DNA of 64,000 nt from Octopus vulgaris (lineage: Eukaryota). This document shows, in pieces, positions 1 through 14,300 of this stretch. Numbering within the stretch: position 1 is the stretch's first letter; every line of letters starts with the position of its first letter. Made by a program: the position numbers and the translations under genes. The notes beneath the pieces were generated by a model. It worked only from the letters and a program-made list of their open reading frames with translations. It had not been told where the DNA came from and did not search any database. The stretch spans positions 41,230,001 to 41,294,000 of the forward strand of contig OX597815.1 of the NCBI GenBank assembly GCA_951406725.2. Direction: 5' to 3'.

Positions 1-1724
1 CAACGTTACCCCCTTGATTTGAAAGGAAGAAACACATAGATTCTTTGGATTCAAAAGGTTTGTTGAATCTATTTTATTGAATCTATTTATATGAATCTAT
101 TTACACGTTCATTACATTGGACAGATGCAGTGTTACCAAAAAAAAAAAAAAATTCTGTCATAACAAGGAACATGTTTTTAATAGAATTTTACTGATGTCT
201 AATGAGTCCTCATTACCACCAAGAATTTCATTTTTACCACACTTTACCCTGGTTCACCGCCCACTGTTTCATGTTGATTCAGATGCTTTGAAATATGTTA
301 ATAGTTGGAAAATCTGGAAGTTTGTTACCTGGTAAAATGTTTAATTATCAAGCACAGGGTAATTAAATAACTTGTTATGCTTAATGGCACTACAGTTGTG
401 ACTTGAATTGAATTGCTTAATAACTTTTCAATGTATTTAGCTGGATTTAAAAAAAATTCCAGTGTTTCAATTACATAGTGTCAATTATTGCATAGTGTAA
501 TTGCATTATTGCATAATGTAATTGCTTTGTCATTTACCCTATCAAATAAAAATACATTTTTACTAAGGAGACACTGAGGAAGCCTCTACATTTGAACTGT
601 TTGATATAGCAGCTAAATCTCCCTCCTATCACACCCTAAACAACTCAAATAAGGGATATCAGTACATAATGCAGTCCTAAATACAGTATATATGGGGAGA
701 AAATTATTACACTGGACTAAAGGCCTTAGGTGAGGTGAGACTAACGTTTTAGTTTCATGGATTCTTCCTAAATCTGCTGAAATTCTACTTCATTTTGTCT
801 AATAATAATAATGTCTTTCTACTATAGGCACAAGGCCATTGATCTAAAGCTTGTCTGGTACTTATTTCATTGAACCAGGAAGGAAGAAAGACAAAATTGA
901 CCTTGGTGAAATTTGAACTTAGAACATAAAGAACTGGATGAAATGTCACAAAGCGTTTTGTCCAGCATGCTAACGAATCTGCCAGCTTGTCATCATCATT
1001 GACATTTAACATCTGTTTTCCATCCTGGCATGGGCTGAATCCTTTCTTCTATAGGCACAATCCTGAAATGTGGGGGAAGGAGGCTAGGTGATTATATGAA
1101 TCCCAGTGCTCAGCCGGTACTTACTCTATTGACTCTGAAAGAATGAAAGGCAAAGTCAACCTCGGTGGAATTTGAACTTGGAACTTGGAACTTATTTGGT
1201 CTGATAGGGTAATGATTTTGCCAGCTTGCCACCTTAACAAAGCTGATCTCGGTGGAATTTGAAATCAGAATATGAAGATCTGGAAGAAATACTGCAAAGC
1301 ATCATTATGTTTCAATTAATGGTCTCACTTACGTATAATAACAACTGATTCACACACATTTTGTTTTTCTCTCTCTTTCTTTCTCTCTTTCTCTCAATCA
1401 CACTCAGATGTACATATGAAAACACTAGGTACCCATGCTAGTGACATGTAAAAGGCACCTGTGCCGGTGACACATAAAAGGCACCCATGCCAGTGACAGA
1501 CATGTAAAAGACATTCAGTACATTCTATAGAATGGTTGACATTAGGAAGGGCATCAACCATAGAAACCAAGCAGAAACAGATTGAAGTCTGGTGCAGATC
1601 TCTGGCTTACCGGTTCCAGTCAAACCGTCTTACCTATGCCAGCATGGAAAACGGATGCTAAATGATGATGATGATGATGATGACTACACCCGCTAGCATT
1701 CATACTTACTAACCATCTTACTAA

Positions 1725-2095
1725 CAATAACTCTGAGTACCTTTTCAAACTCCACCTGTCTAACACCCATGGACATGTTTAGAAAGTCAGAAAACAGCAC
1801 AGCTCCCATGACTTTCGGAAACATTTTTTCACGCTAAGAGTTGCTGAAGCATGGAACAAACTGCCAGCATCAGTTGTTAGTTTTCGGAGCACTGCATCCT
1901 TCAAAACTTCCATGCTTCCTGAGATTCACCAACACTACACCTGATTTTCTCCTCTCCATACACACGCAAGCATGTATCTGACTCATACACAGTTCACTTC
2001 CCAGACATTTGTACATTACTGCATATGCTTTATACGCACTTTTGACAAGTTGTGGTGCACCTAAGCACTGTATCCAATAATTTCATTATTATATT
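1725..2095 (+). mobile_element. CR1-clade LINE 3' end
   Basis: Translates GHV*KVRKQHSSHDFRKHFFTLRVAEAWNKLPASVV, the typical R..FF..RV...WN.LP terminus, followed by a UTR and an ATT-rich tail. Confidence 0.75.
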
Positions 2096-5000
2096 ATAGC
2101 TTTTATTTCTTGGCTGGCATTGCTACATTTGATATCAAGAAAGACGTTGCCAGTAAAGCTGAAAAACAAGCACATATTTAACGAAAAATGTCCATCATAA
2201 AGATATCAATGAATACAAAGATTAAACTGACAAATAAGTTCCACTATCTTGCAGATGTTCTTAAAAGTTTTTACTCACATACACTGGTAAATATCTTCAT
2301 ATATATGATAGAATCAGTAGAAAAGCTGTCAAAAGGCTTGGTGTCTATATTGAACTAGATCGGATTTAACCTAATCAGAGACACTAGAGTGAAAGGGGAT
2401 GTTATTCAAAATAGACCAAACCATGAATTATCCATTACTTTGCTTGTTATTGATTGGATTCTCCTTCTCTAGATAATTTAAGAAATAATACAAAGAATTT
2501 GTGAGATTGTTAAAAAATAATAATAATGATGATGATGATGATAATGATACATTATTTAAATAATTTACATCCGACAGACATTTGTCCTCATCTTGTTTGT
2601 TGTTAACACAACGTTTTGACTGATATACCCTCTAGCCTTCTTCAGGCAGTACTGGCAACGACCTCGCTCAGGCAGTTCAAGAATTTCATTATTCATAACA
2701 TGGTCAATAAAAACATTCCAACCTTCATATTCCTATTCAATAAATCATCCAGACATCACACCAGAATAACTTCTTTGCATAGCATCAAGATCCTGTCTCA
2801 ACAGAAGACTCGTTTATATCTTTTTAAATGCAGCATGTGCCCAAGGAGTTCAATTTAAAATTTCTTCTGACACAGTACCATTCTTATTGTGGTTACTTCC
2901 TGGATTACAAAAATGATTAACTTAACATGATGTTTGTGAACTTGAAAGTGAAAAGGATGTATTTCTGTCCAAGGCAGAGAATCTATCAGGATCTTATGTT
3001 TTGGATATAGGTTTCTCAACCTAAATGTTCAAAATATGCTTGAAGTATATTGTAGATCTTCAGGAAAGACTGTACTGTGTTATTTGAATAATGAAGCTTA
3101 GCAGAACACAGATTAAGATGTTAAGAATTGTAAAGTCAAAGACAGCTTATCATGAAATCAAGATGGTAGGGTTAACAAAGTGAAAAAAAAAAAATCTAAC
3201 AGACTAGAGCCAGTCAAGTGACTATTTACATTTACTTAGAAGTTTCTTCTGGGCTCACAAGATCAAGATTGAAGCCTGGTGCAGCCATCTGGTTCACCAG
3301 GCCTCAGTCAGTCATCCAACCCATGCTAGCATGGAAAGTGGACGTTAAACGATGATGATGATGATGCATTACATCACCAGCTGCAATGGATTGGCCTATC
3401 TAAACAACATTGCATCATTAACAGCCAGAGATGTTTATGTATAGGGAATTGGAAAAGTGAACTCACCCAGCAGAAGTGATACAAAAAACAAATTAAATGA
3501 ATGCTCAAAAACTTTAATATTGATGCTTTGTTGCAGATTGTTGATGCTCTGGATCATCTAGTTTGACAGAAAAAATGACATATTGGACATGAATTCTTAG
3601 AAAGTAACTGGAAAGAAGCAGCTGACTGAATATGGGAGTTGACAGGAAGAGGTAAACAGAAGGTAAGGAACCTTAGACCCAGATGTGCTTCAATTCCCAT
3701 ATCCTTATCAGTGTTCTTTGAGGCCAAAAATGAGTTTAGATGGTTATCCCAGAACCTATAGATAAATCAATGGAATCAGTCTCTTGACACCTAGAGAAGC
3801 TAATGATGATGTACAATACTCATGTTGCATTCTATACACGTTCTTTCCATGATAACACTAAATAATAATTTTAAAATTGTCCATACATAATTGCTGAAAC
3901 AATAATCTAAGAAATAGTTTGGATATAACATTGTTTTGTAATATTCATTTAAGGAGGCGAGTTGTTAGAATCATTAGCACATCAGATAAAACATTTAGCA
4001 ATATTTGTTCTAGCTCTTTACATTCTGAGTTCAAATCCTACTAAGGTCAACCTTTGTCCTTCATCCTTTCAGGGTTATTAAAATAAGTACCAATCAAGTA
4101 CTATGTCAATGTAATCAACTTATTTCCTCCCTGAAAAATCACTGGCCTAAAATGCTGCAATGAACTGGCATTCCACTCAGTGGGAATGTTGTGATTTTGG
4201 TCACTTAGATGCCATAGATACCTAGGGCTCAAGATAAAAAAAAAAAAATTCATTTAAGTGAAACCAAACCAATGAAGGAAACTACATTGTTGCTTGTCTT
4301 GCTAGAAACAGTGACCAAATTCCCTTGAATCACATTCTACTGATTCAAAAAAGGACACATTGGATAATGTTTTCCAAGATGAAATGAAAGGAAAGGTGTT
4401 CCCAGTTGCAATTCCTTTGATCTTGTTTGCTTTGGTTAAGCCTTGTATCACCACCTCATGTCTCCTGTTGGCTCCATTCATTCATGCAACTCTTTGTATG
4501 TAAGTTCACCCAATCATGGCTAACCTTAAGAGTAAACATCAACTAAACCAAAATTTTATATTATTGGAAGCCTTAGCATTTTGAGAATTATGAAGGTTTT
4601 GTATGTTTTCTGCTTCAAAAGACAAGTTTACTGTCTACAAAAAAATAAAAATCTATATTACATGCTTCTGTAGTATTTTTTAAACACACACATACACATA
4701 TACTGTTAAAATAAAATATTTATAAATATATTTTTTTGATAAATGGCAAACTGTAAGTAAATAGATAATATTGATAACTTGTTTTTGTTAAATTATTTTG
4801 AAAAATATTCAGGGAAAGGAATTTGCTATGCAATGTTATTTACATAAACTTTGTTGTTACTTCTATTTTCCAAATTAATTATATTCTTGTGCAACAACTT
4901 CATTCAAATGTAAATCACACCAGGCATGGATACAAAAAGAAAATAAAGAAAAAAAGGGAGTTACAAGAGAATGGCATGGTCTTTTTCTTTTTATAAGAAA

Positions 5001-6295
5001 TTTGTGAGGCATCTGAAGAACTTTTAATTAGAATTTTCAATTGATAAAACTTTTGTTATATGCTGAAGAAGAAAATACCACCACATCTGACTTCAATGTT
5101 GGTTTGGAGTGGATAGATTGCCATGGACTAAATTCTTACTTATAGTTATTATCCTAGACAGGTTGGGAGAACATGTCTCACTCGTATATTCAATTTTTTG
5201 GCATGGTTTCTATGGCTGGATGCCCTTCCAAGTGATAACCATAATTCAGATTGTACTGGGTGCATTTTGTCATGTTTGACATGAGAGCTGTTGCTGTATT
5301 CTCAGAAAGACTAAAGAGGCACCCTATTCCATGTTGTTTCTGTTCATTTGTCAGCCACTTTAGAGTGTACTGGGTGCACTTTAGCATGGCACCAGTACTA
5401 GAGAGGTTGTCATGCTCTCAGCAAGACTAAAGAGTGAGAGATTATGAGTGTGATGGGGAGAAACAGAGAGAGGGGTTAAAAGATGGTTGGGGAGGGAGAA
5501 ATAAAAGAGTGACAGTTACAAGCTGGATGTCAATAAGAATGAATGAATGAATGGATAGTCAAGGATGAATAATTGAGATACAAATGGAGGATAATTTTAA
5601 GAAATAATTTTGAGAGTTTTAATTCTAAAGGGAAATTATTGACTAGCTGAGGTAGTCAACAGCTTTCTCTTTACATTTTGACATTGGTTTCAAATTTTGG
5701 CACAAGGTCAACAATTTCAGGGTAGGAGACACATTACCTTCACCCCAGTGTTCTACTGGTACTTATTTTATTGACCCCCAAAAGGATGAAAGGCAAAGTC
5801 AACCTCGGTGAAATTTGAACTCAGAACATAAAAATAGATGAAATGCCACCAAGCAGTCTGCCCAGTGTGTTAATGATTCTGCCAGCTCACTGCCTTATCT
5901 AAAAAGCAAGCCTCTACAAAGAAGTGAACCTACACCATTACACTAAGTGACCCATTTTATATCCTCATTTTAAATAACTTCTTATGCAAATCAGTTTACT
6001 AATTGTTATTGTCTGGAATGTGCTACAGATAAAATCAAAGGCTCGGTCTTCAATGATGTAACAATGTTAATCATTTTTAACATAAGTACAAGGCCATAAA
6101 TTTGGTGGGACATACATAGTTGATTAAACAGACTCTAGTACTTGACTGGTACTTTATTTTAACCACTCAGAAAAAATGAAAATCAAAGTTAATCTCAGCA
6201 GGATTTGAAATCAGAATGTAAAGCGAGAGACCATTGATCACACCCTTTCTGTATCTTCATTAATCTCTCTTTTCCTTCTGAGCTACACCTTAGCC

Positions 6296-7450
6296 CAGTG
6301 GTTCTCAACGAGGGTCCATATAAGATTTTTGAGGGTCCACACTACAAAACAGTAAACTGGGGATCCACAATAGTATTACAAGGGCCCATGAAAACATTTT
6401 GCTTTAGCTGTATGTATTGCAAAAAAACAGCTAGGTTTTTTTTCTTTAACATTTTATATGGTTCAGCCTACACAAGTAAATGTGTGAAAAATAAAATAAG
6501 AATTTTGAAAGAAGTTTCTAAAAAACTAGTTTTTAAAATTGGATGGCTATTGGGGTGGGAGTTCCACCAGAATAAAATAGTAATCAAAGGAATCCAATGG
6601 TAAATGAAAAAGAAAAGGCATCTGGGAGGTGATACATTCCTTGCGCAGATAATTTTTTTCACAAATTATAGTGTGGCTTACAATGCGTTGCTTACCCATG
6701 CTTTTTAATTGAACTGAATTAATTAAAAAAATTTTTCTTTTAAGTATCACCATTATAGGTATTTATACTCTAGTGAAATTAAGAAATCAACTAGTAAAAT
6801 AAATGAAACCCTTGAATCTATCAGTGTACACACACACAGTTGCAAATCTATGTATGTACCCATGTATCTATAAGCATAGGTACACCATGATCTATATACT
6901 CGCAGACAAGTGTCACTTCATATGAAAAAGAAAGAAAACAAAATAATATAACCACTTGCTAATCAGGAAATTTGAAAGTTCGCTAAAAATTTTTTTTTGA
7001 AGTATCACCATTATAAGTATTTATATTCTGGTTAAATTAAGAAATCAAGTCATAAATAGACAAAACCCTTGAATCCATCACTGTACACACACACAGTTGC
7101 ATATCTATATATGTATGAATGTATACATGTCTACACGCATAGGTTCACCATGATCTATAAACACACAGACAAGGGTTGATTCATATGAAAAAGAAAAGTG
7201 AACAAAATAATATGACCATTTGCTTATTAGGAAACTTGTTAAGTTCAATTAAAAATAGATTTTTTTTTTAATTTAAAAAAATAATCAAACCAAATGTTCA
7301 TCATTTCGAGCCACTCACCCAATGAGTATTTCTGCCAAATGTGGTGAAAATCCGTTCAGCTGTTTTCCAGTAATTTGCAAACACACGAAGACGATTACAG
7401 TACCCTGCTTTTGCTTACCCACACAGTGTAAAAATGGTTGAGAACCCCTG
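6296..7450. mobile_element. Non-autonomous hAT (Charlie-like) element with a nested insertion
   Basis: TIRs CAGTGGTTCTCAAC and GTTGAGAACCCCTG. The 8-bp flanks CCTTAGCC and TCTTAGTC match at 6 of 8 positions, consistent with an hAT target duplication. Confidence 0.75.
6725..7250. repeat. Two diverged tandem copies of an approximately 258-bp unit
   Basis: AAGTATCACCATTATA...AAACCCTTGAATC...GTACACACACACAGTTGCA...CACCATGATCTATA recurs starting near 6742 and 6999. Confidence 0.85.
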
Positions 7451-9894
7451 TCTTAGTCTGTTATACTTCGGGTTTAATACCCTTCCTAACAGCTATCATC
7501 CTCAACTTCTCATATTCACTTTCACATATACATATGTCTATACACAACCGTATCTAATCCTTACAGACGTTGCCTGCTTCCCTCTCCACATACTCTTGTC
7601 ACTCACTCACACTTCCTCTATCCCCATTCACTTCTCGTCTTGTACTGTGAGATACTGCCGCAACACCTCATCGCTATTAATCTCTTTACAGCTGCAACTG
7701 ATTCATTCTCACTTTCTCCTCTGAAAATGAACAGTTGTGTAGCCTCTCCGCAATTAAGAACCTGCTCTGCTTTGAGTTTTGTAGTCTTATGACCTTACTA
7801 GTGCTGGTGGCATGAAAAAATGCATCCAGTAAACATTGTAAAGTGGTTGGCATTAAGAAGGGCATCTAGCTGCAGAAACCATGCCAGACACAGAGGCACA
7901 ATGGATCTTGTCAAACTGTCCAACCCATGCCAGTATCGAACATGGACATTAAATGATTTTTGTCCTATATTCTAATGATTCAGCCATGGCATCACCTTAA
8001 TAATGATAAGGCAGCAAGTTGGCAGAGTCGTTTGCACACTGTGAAAAATGCATAGTTCTGAGTTCAAGTTCTACTAGGGTCAACTTTACCTTTTATCCTT
8101 TTGGGGTTAGTAAAAGAAGTACCAGTTGAGCACTGATGTCAATGTAATCGACTTATCCTCTCCCTTGAAATTGCTGGCCTTGTGTCAAAATTTGAAACCA
8201 GTGTTATTTATAATGACTTCTAACGTAGATACAAGGCCAGTGCTGTCTAAAGGCATTGACATATTGGGCAGTTGTATGGTGCCCCCTGCTAATCTATGCA
8301 TGCTGTGGTTTGTTGTCAATAAATATGGGTGGAGGGGACTGGCTTTGCTTATAATGTTGTTAAGACATCTTTGTGTGAAGTGGCACATTTTGGTGGAGGG
8401 TATCATCACTTGCATCACTGATTTTAACTCCCTTCATTACCACATTTCTACAGAATCACACAGCAGCTGTTTCAATTAATTTTAAAAATAAAGAATTTAG
8501 TAAGGTAATTTTGCCATTATTAAGCTGGTAAACAATTCTAAAATAATTCAGCTGTATTCCAAAAATTGATCAATTTTAAACAGATATTGATCACCAAACT
8601 ATCTCTAATTTTTTTTTCTTGTTTCAGTCATTCAACCACAGCCATGCTGGGGCAAGACAAATTTTCATTGAAATCCACACAGCTATATTTGATTTTTTTG
8701 TCAATATCATACCTTATTTTAACATTAATATTCTGAGCCTGATATGTTGGCTTGTCATTTTTGTGCAAAAGAAATATAAATTTTCTATGCATATTCAAAT
8801 TTTTTAGTTTTAAATAGTAAGTTTCATTCCTTTTGTATCTTGTAAAATTGAATTCATCTTCTTCAGTAGAGAAGTATCAATAAAATTTGCCTCCAAAGTG
8901 TTAAGACAATAAATATCAAGCAAATGAAGGAACCTCTATGCAGTTGCTTGGCCTGCTAAGAACATCAGCCAAATCTCCCTCAAATAGCATTCTACTGTCT
9001 TAATAATTATGGTTTCAATTTTGGCACAAAGCAAGCAGTTTTTGAGGGGAAGGGAAAGTCAATTACATTAACCCCAGCACTTGATTAGTACTTATGTTAC
9101 TATGTGGCAAAGAAGGATGAAAAGCAATCTTAACCTGGGTGGAATTTGAATTCAGAACACAAAAGCAGATGAAATAAAAAGGTACACTGCATGATGTCAT
9201 CTTAAATATACAAAAGACAAAATGGTTCCAGCTGGAATATTTCTGACCAGAGTTTAATGTAGGAGAACAATAACAATAAACATGCTAGGTGTTACTTGAC
9301 ATGCCTGAGACATTTGTCTTTAATATTAAAGCAAGAAAATGTTTGCCTACTTTGTCAAACATTACTGGAAACCTGAGTTAAAATGTTATAGACTGTTTGG
9401 CTTTTTTAGGAAATTTTTTGATAACATTTTAGGTTTTAGCAACAAAATGGAACTGTGTATTGTAAAAATAAACTTTATTTCTTAACAACACAACAAATGC
9501 TCTAATTTAAAGAATATTTCAAATATAATATCTAATGATGACGATGATAATACGTTTCTTCCACCAACGAAAATAACCATTATTTTAGTTGTGATTTATA
9601 ACAAAACAATTTCATAATTAAGTAAAAGTAAACCATGGAGATATTCAGATACAAAATGGAAAACAAAAAGATGAAAAAGTTTTATTGAGTCTTTGAGTAA
9701 TTCTCTCCATTTTAATATCTGATTTCAGTTCTCTAACATGGAATGTGCAAAGTAGACAGAGTTTCCACTTTCTCATTTTCTATATGTGTGTCTGCTGTAT
9801 CCGACCATTTAACATGCCATACCTGACCCAGATATTTTACTTTGTTTTATGTTCAAACCAGCCAGATATGCCTCTCACACCTATCCTACAATAT

Positions 9895-10069
9895 ATATTT
9901 CTTTACTACCCACAAGGGGCTAAACACAGAGGGGACAAACAAGGACAGACAAATGGATTAAGTCGATTACATCGACCCCAGTGTGTAACTGGTACTTATT
10001 TAATCGATCCCGAAAGGATGAAAGGCAAAGTCGACCTCGGTGGAATTTGAACTCAGAACGTAGCGGTAG
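9895..10069 (-). mobile_element. 5'-truncated SINE inserted into a family-B MITE
   Basis: Reverse complement of the 3' part of the 52190 SINE, flanked by ACCTATCCTACAATAT at 9879-9894 and 10070-10085. Confidence 0.85.
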
Positions 10070-10375
10070 ACCTATCCTACAATATCTTTCTAAAAATAAA
10101 CAACCAGCTCATCAAAATCCTGAAGCTACAAGATAATATATGATTAATTCAAAACAAAAATGTGAATAAATAGGCATTACATTTGAATGAATAATCTGAA
10201 TGATACAGGGTTAAGGGGGGGAGGGGGAGGGGACAGCCGATTTGGTAACTGCAGAGAATGGTTAAAACTCATGATACATCATTGTTACATTTTAAAAGCA
10301 ACAAGTTTTGATTTAATCTCAAAGGATTTGAAAAATTCAGTTATTTCAGCATTATTATTTAAGCTGTAGCTTAAA

Positions 10376-10599
10376 CCCTTTTGTTACCAACCCGGCTGAA
10401 ACCGGCTCTGGATGATCTGAGTACAAATATCTTGTTTTCATAACTTTTGAATTAAAATCTTCCACCAAACCTTAGTCACAATTTATGTTCCTAACACTAG
10501 CTGAATGATAACTAAGTTATTTTATTAAATTCTCTGTTATATCTAAAATAATTTGAAAGAAACACAGAGCATCTCAAAATAAATACAGTAACGAAAGGG
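10376..10599 (+). mobile_element. piggyBac-like MITE, family A
   Basis: Ends CCCTTTTGTTAC and GTAACGAAAGGG in TTAA-like flanks. A second, inverted copy is at 30433-30653. Confidence 0.75.
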
Positions 10600-11130
10600 T
10601 TAACTTTAATGAAGCAGATCTACGATCAATAGGCATTCAAGCAGTAATCCTCCTTTCCACCCTGCCAGTTTTTTTTTTTTTTTATCAGGCACAATATAAC
10701 TGGAACTACATTATCTAATATTCTCTCTTTACCACAGTAGTGTATGATTTGATGGAAATTTGGCTGTTGTTTTTAGCAGGATCATATAAAAACTTTTGCT
10801 GGCTTGTATTTCAAGTTTTATTTATCTATTCATACACATCTAGTCTACCTAAAGAGGATTAGTAGTATGTCTTCTAGTCAATCCAAATTCTGCAAATACT
10901 GAGATTATAAGTTGGTTTCTTAAATTTCTTTTGAAGAACAGCAGTGTCAAAGACATACAGAATACACCTTATTCCAGAATATGAATGATTCTATTCAAAT
11001 ACACTAACAATAAAATAAATCTAATTTACATTTGCTACTAGATGGGAATTAAGAGCAAAATTATTACTTGAATCCTTTCAAAAGTGTTCATAATAAATAG
11101 AGAATTTTCTCTGGAACTTGTACACATTCT

Positions 11131-11270
11131 AAAGATGGCAATAAAACATTTGCATATTTCCCCTGCTCACAATATCAATATTTGAATATTTCCTACAATC
11201 AAAGATGGCAATAAAACATTTGCATATTTCCCCTGCTCACAATATCAATATTTGAATATTTCCTACAATC
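11131..11270. repeat. Perfect 70-bp tandem duplication
   Basis: AAAGATGGCAATAAAAC...TTTCCTACAATC at 11131-11200 and 11201-11270. Confidence 0.95.
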
Positions 11271-12652
11271 TACACCCCTGGAAAGCTTTATATAAAAAGT
11301 AGCAGTCTCTGATCAAAATAACCAGAGTTATTTTCTTAAATTGATGTAGACACATGTTTGCTTCTTCAATTATTATTATTTTTTTTTGTGTGTACTTTTT
11401 ATTGAAAATTAAACAAGTAACAGTATGGTCCACTACATTAGTAAAATGTCTAGAAGAGAAAACAAAAAAAAAAACCCCCAAAAAACCCTAATAAAACTTT
11501 TTCACTGAAATATCAAATTATATGCATGAAAAAAAAAAAAAGTTGTAATGAAACTTTTGACATACCTGAAGCAAATGAGCATTTGTGCCTAATCTAGTAG
11601 GTATCTAATATTTAGTTTCAAACTGAAACTAATGTTTATTTGACAATTCAAGAGAATTATATTAAAGAAATGGCATTAGAATACTAGTTAAGCTTAGGTA
11701 TGTCTTTTCTGGAGAAATAATCAACCTGTAATTAAAATCTACAAGTTTGGTTATACAAATTAAATAAACAAAACATAATTAAGATTATATATTTAAAATA
11801 ACAAATGGCTAATGAAAATAAATTGTGACATTGAAAAATATAATGCAGTAGCATATTGTAATATTTATCAATGTAACAGACTAAAACATTATAATACCAA
11901 ACTAACTTTAAAGAAACATTCACCTGCATATATCATTTGATAAATTGGTTTCTTCAATTACCTTTGTAATTGCAAATTATACCAAAATTCTTAATGTAAT
12001 TTTGCTAATGAGCTGAAGTATAAATTGCTTTGGAACAAAGAAAAGAAAGTATGTTTGTGGAGGTGTTTATAAGATATGCAGCTTGAGAGTAAAGAATACA
12101 ATCTGAGTATTCTAATTAGTTTAAACCCAATCACACAGGTGGCAAGCAGCTTTAGTTAAATTTTATTAAATACATTTCATACATGTAAACTTAGTTTTAT
12201 TATAATTTCAATAGTTAAGAGGAAAGAGAAAATGATATTATGTGAAATATTTTGAGATTGATTTTATTACTAATTATTTCACATGATAAACCTTTGTTAA
12301 AAAAAAGCATTAAAAGAAAATCATCAAACTGGAGTGTGTGTGTGTGTGTGTGCACAATCATCTTCAGCATTTAATGTCCATTTTTCATGTTAGCAGGAGT
12401 TGGACAATTTAACAGGACCTTGCAAGCAGTAGGGTAGCATCAAACTCCAATGTCAGCTTTGGTGTGGTTTCTACAACTGGATTCATTTTCTAATGCCAAC
12501 CTCTCTACAGTATGTACTGGATGTTGTTTTTTTGTGCCACTAGCCAGCAGTAGTGAGGGCATCAAGTAACTTGCAAGACAGAAATATGTGTGTGTATGCA
12601 TATATGCATGTGTTTCTACATATATTCCAGCATAATCTATCAAACTGGACTG

Positions 12653-12693
<41 letters not shown>

Positions 12694-12694
12694 A

Positions 12695-12729
<35 letters not shown>

Positions 12730-12980
12730 AAATGAATATTAGCAAGATAATTAGTTCTGTGTAATGAACAGTATACTTTAGTTTGAAACAACTGAAGTTC
12801 CATTAAAAGTGATTTTAAAAGATTTTGCCACTCAGATTTCTGACTGCTTCATTATGAGTGTTAGGAAAATGCACATGGTCATATTATTGGGCAAAGAATT
12901 TGTCAAAATAAATTAGCTTTTATATTTAACTTGTAATCACTGCTTTAATGTGAAATATAATTTTGATATATTAGCAACAG

Positions 12981-13032
<52 letters not shown>

Positions 13033-13040
13033 TACATATA

Positions 13041-14300
13041 TTGGGTCATCCCATAAATAATGTTTTTTTTTATGCTTCGTTTATTTTTCAAAATAAAGAT
13101 AAACAATGTTCCTTTTTTTAATCTAAAATATTCTTTCCTTCATTTTCTACAATGCTCTTCCATCTATCTGGTAGACTTGCAAGGCAACTCTTCCAAAATT
13201 CACTTGTCTGTGACAAAAAATACTCCTCCAGTACTGTTCTGGAAAAATTCATATTTTTTCCATCCAAATGATTTTGAAGACTGTGGAATAAACGATAATC
13301 AGATGGGGCAATGTCTGGCAAATATGGTGGGTGGGGCATTGTTTGATCCCATTCAAACTGCTCTAGCCTTTGGAATGTCATCCTCACTGTATGTGGCCAA
13401 GCATTATCTTGATGGAAGAACACCTTTTATCTTGAAACCAAAGATGGTCGTTTTTCTTCTAGTGCTGACTTAAGCCGCTCAAGATGCTCACAGTAGATCT
13501 CCTGCGTTATCATTTGGTTTGGGTTTAAAAGTTCAAAGTGGACTAGACCTTTCATATCCCACCAGATAACAATGCCATACATGGGTGAATACCTTTAGAC
13601 TGGAGTACCAGTGTTTCTCCTTTCCTTACTCAGTCTTCAGTGCTTGACATTTTTATAGAGAACCTATTTCTTGTCACCAATCACTATTTGGACCAAAATA
13701 GGTTCATTTGTGAGATGTGACAGCGAAGAAGAGCACACATTCACTTTCTGCATGTGATTAGTCTTGGAAAGTTTGTGAGGAACCCATTGACCCAATTTGC
13801 TGTCTTTTCCAATGGCACACGGGTGTCAATAAATGGTTGAATGACCAAATCCAAGCCTCTCTGCTAGTTCCTCAACAGCTACAGTGGGATTTTGTTCCAC
13901 CAGGGGTTGCAGGACATCCTTGTAGAGCTCTACAGATCTTCCAGGACAAGGCTTGTCTTCTAGGCTGTAGTTTCCGGCTTGGAATTTCTGGAGCCACCAT
14001 TGACACTGGCTTACACTCATTGTTCAATCCCCATATACTGCATTAATATTCCTTGCACTTTCCGTTGCATTGTTGCCTTTATTGAAATCATAAAGCAAAA
14101 TATGCTGAATATGCTCCTTTGTCACTTCCATAACAGCTTTGAAAAAATAACTGTTAAAATCGAACTGCATTCTTCAAAACTTGCACTAAGAATAAGGACA
14201 ACTACCTGCTTTTATAGAAAATTGATGCTGGTGGTTTATCCTGTTCTCCTTCAACTTTTAGTTCAAGCAATTGGAAAAACTGCATTATTTATGGACCCAA
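13041..14300 (-). mobile_element. Degenerate full-length mariner element (different subfamily from 28123-29400)
   Basis: TIRs TTGGGTCATCCCATAAATAATG and TTGGGTCCATAAATAATG, both flanked by TA. Broken transposase 14131 to 13118 with MEVTKEHIQHILLYDF, WVPHKL, HQDNAWPH and HPPYLPDIAPSDYRLF, carrying several stops and frameshifts. Confidence 0.9.

Noticed and set aside
12440-12803. YI-repeat ORFs
   Set aside because: These are translations of (TA)n microsatellites and adjacent repeat sequence.
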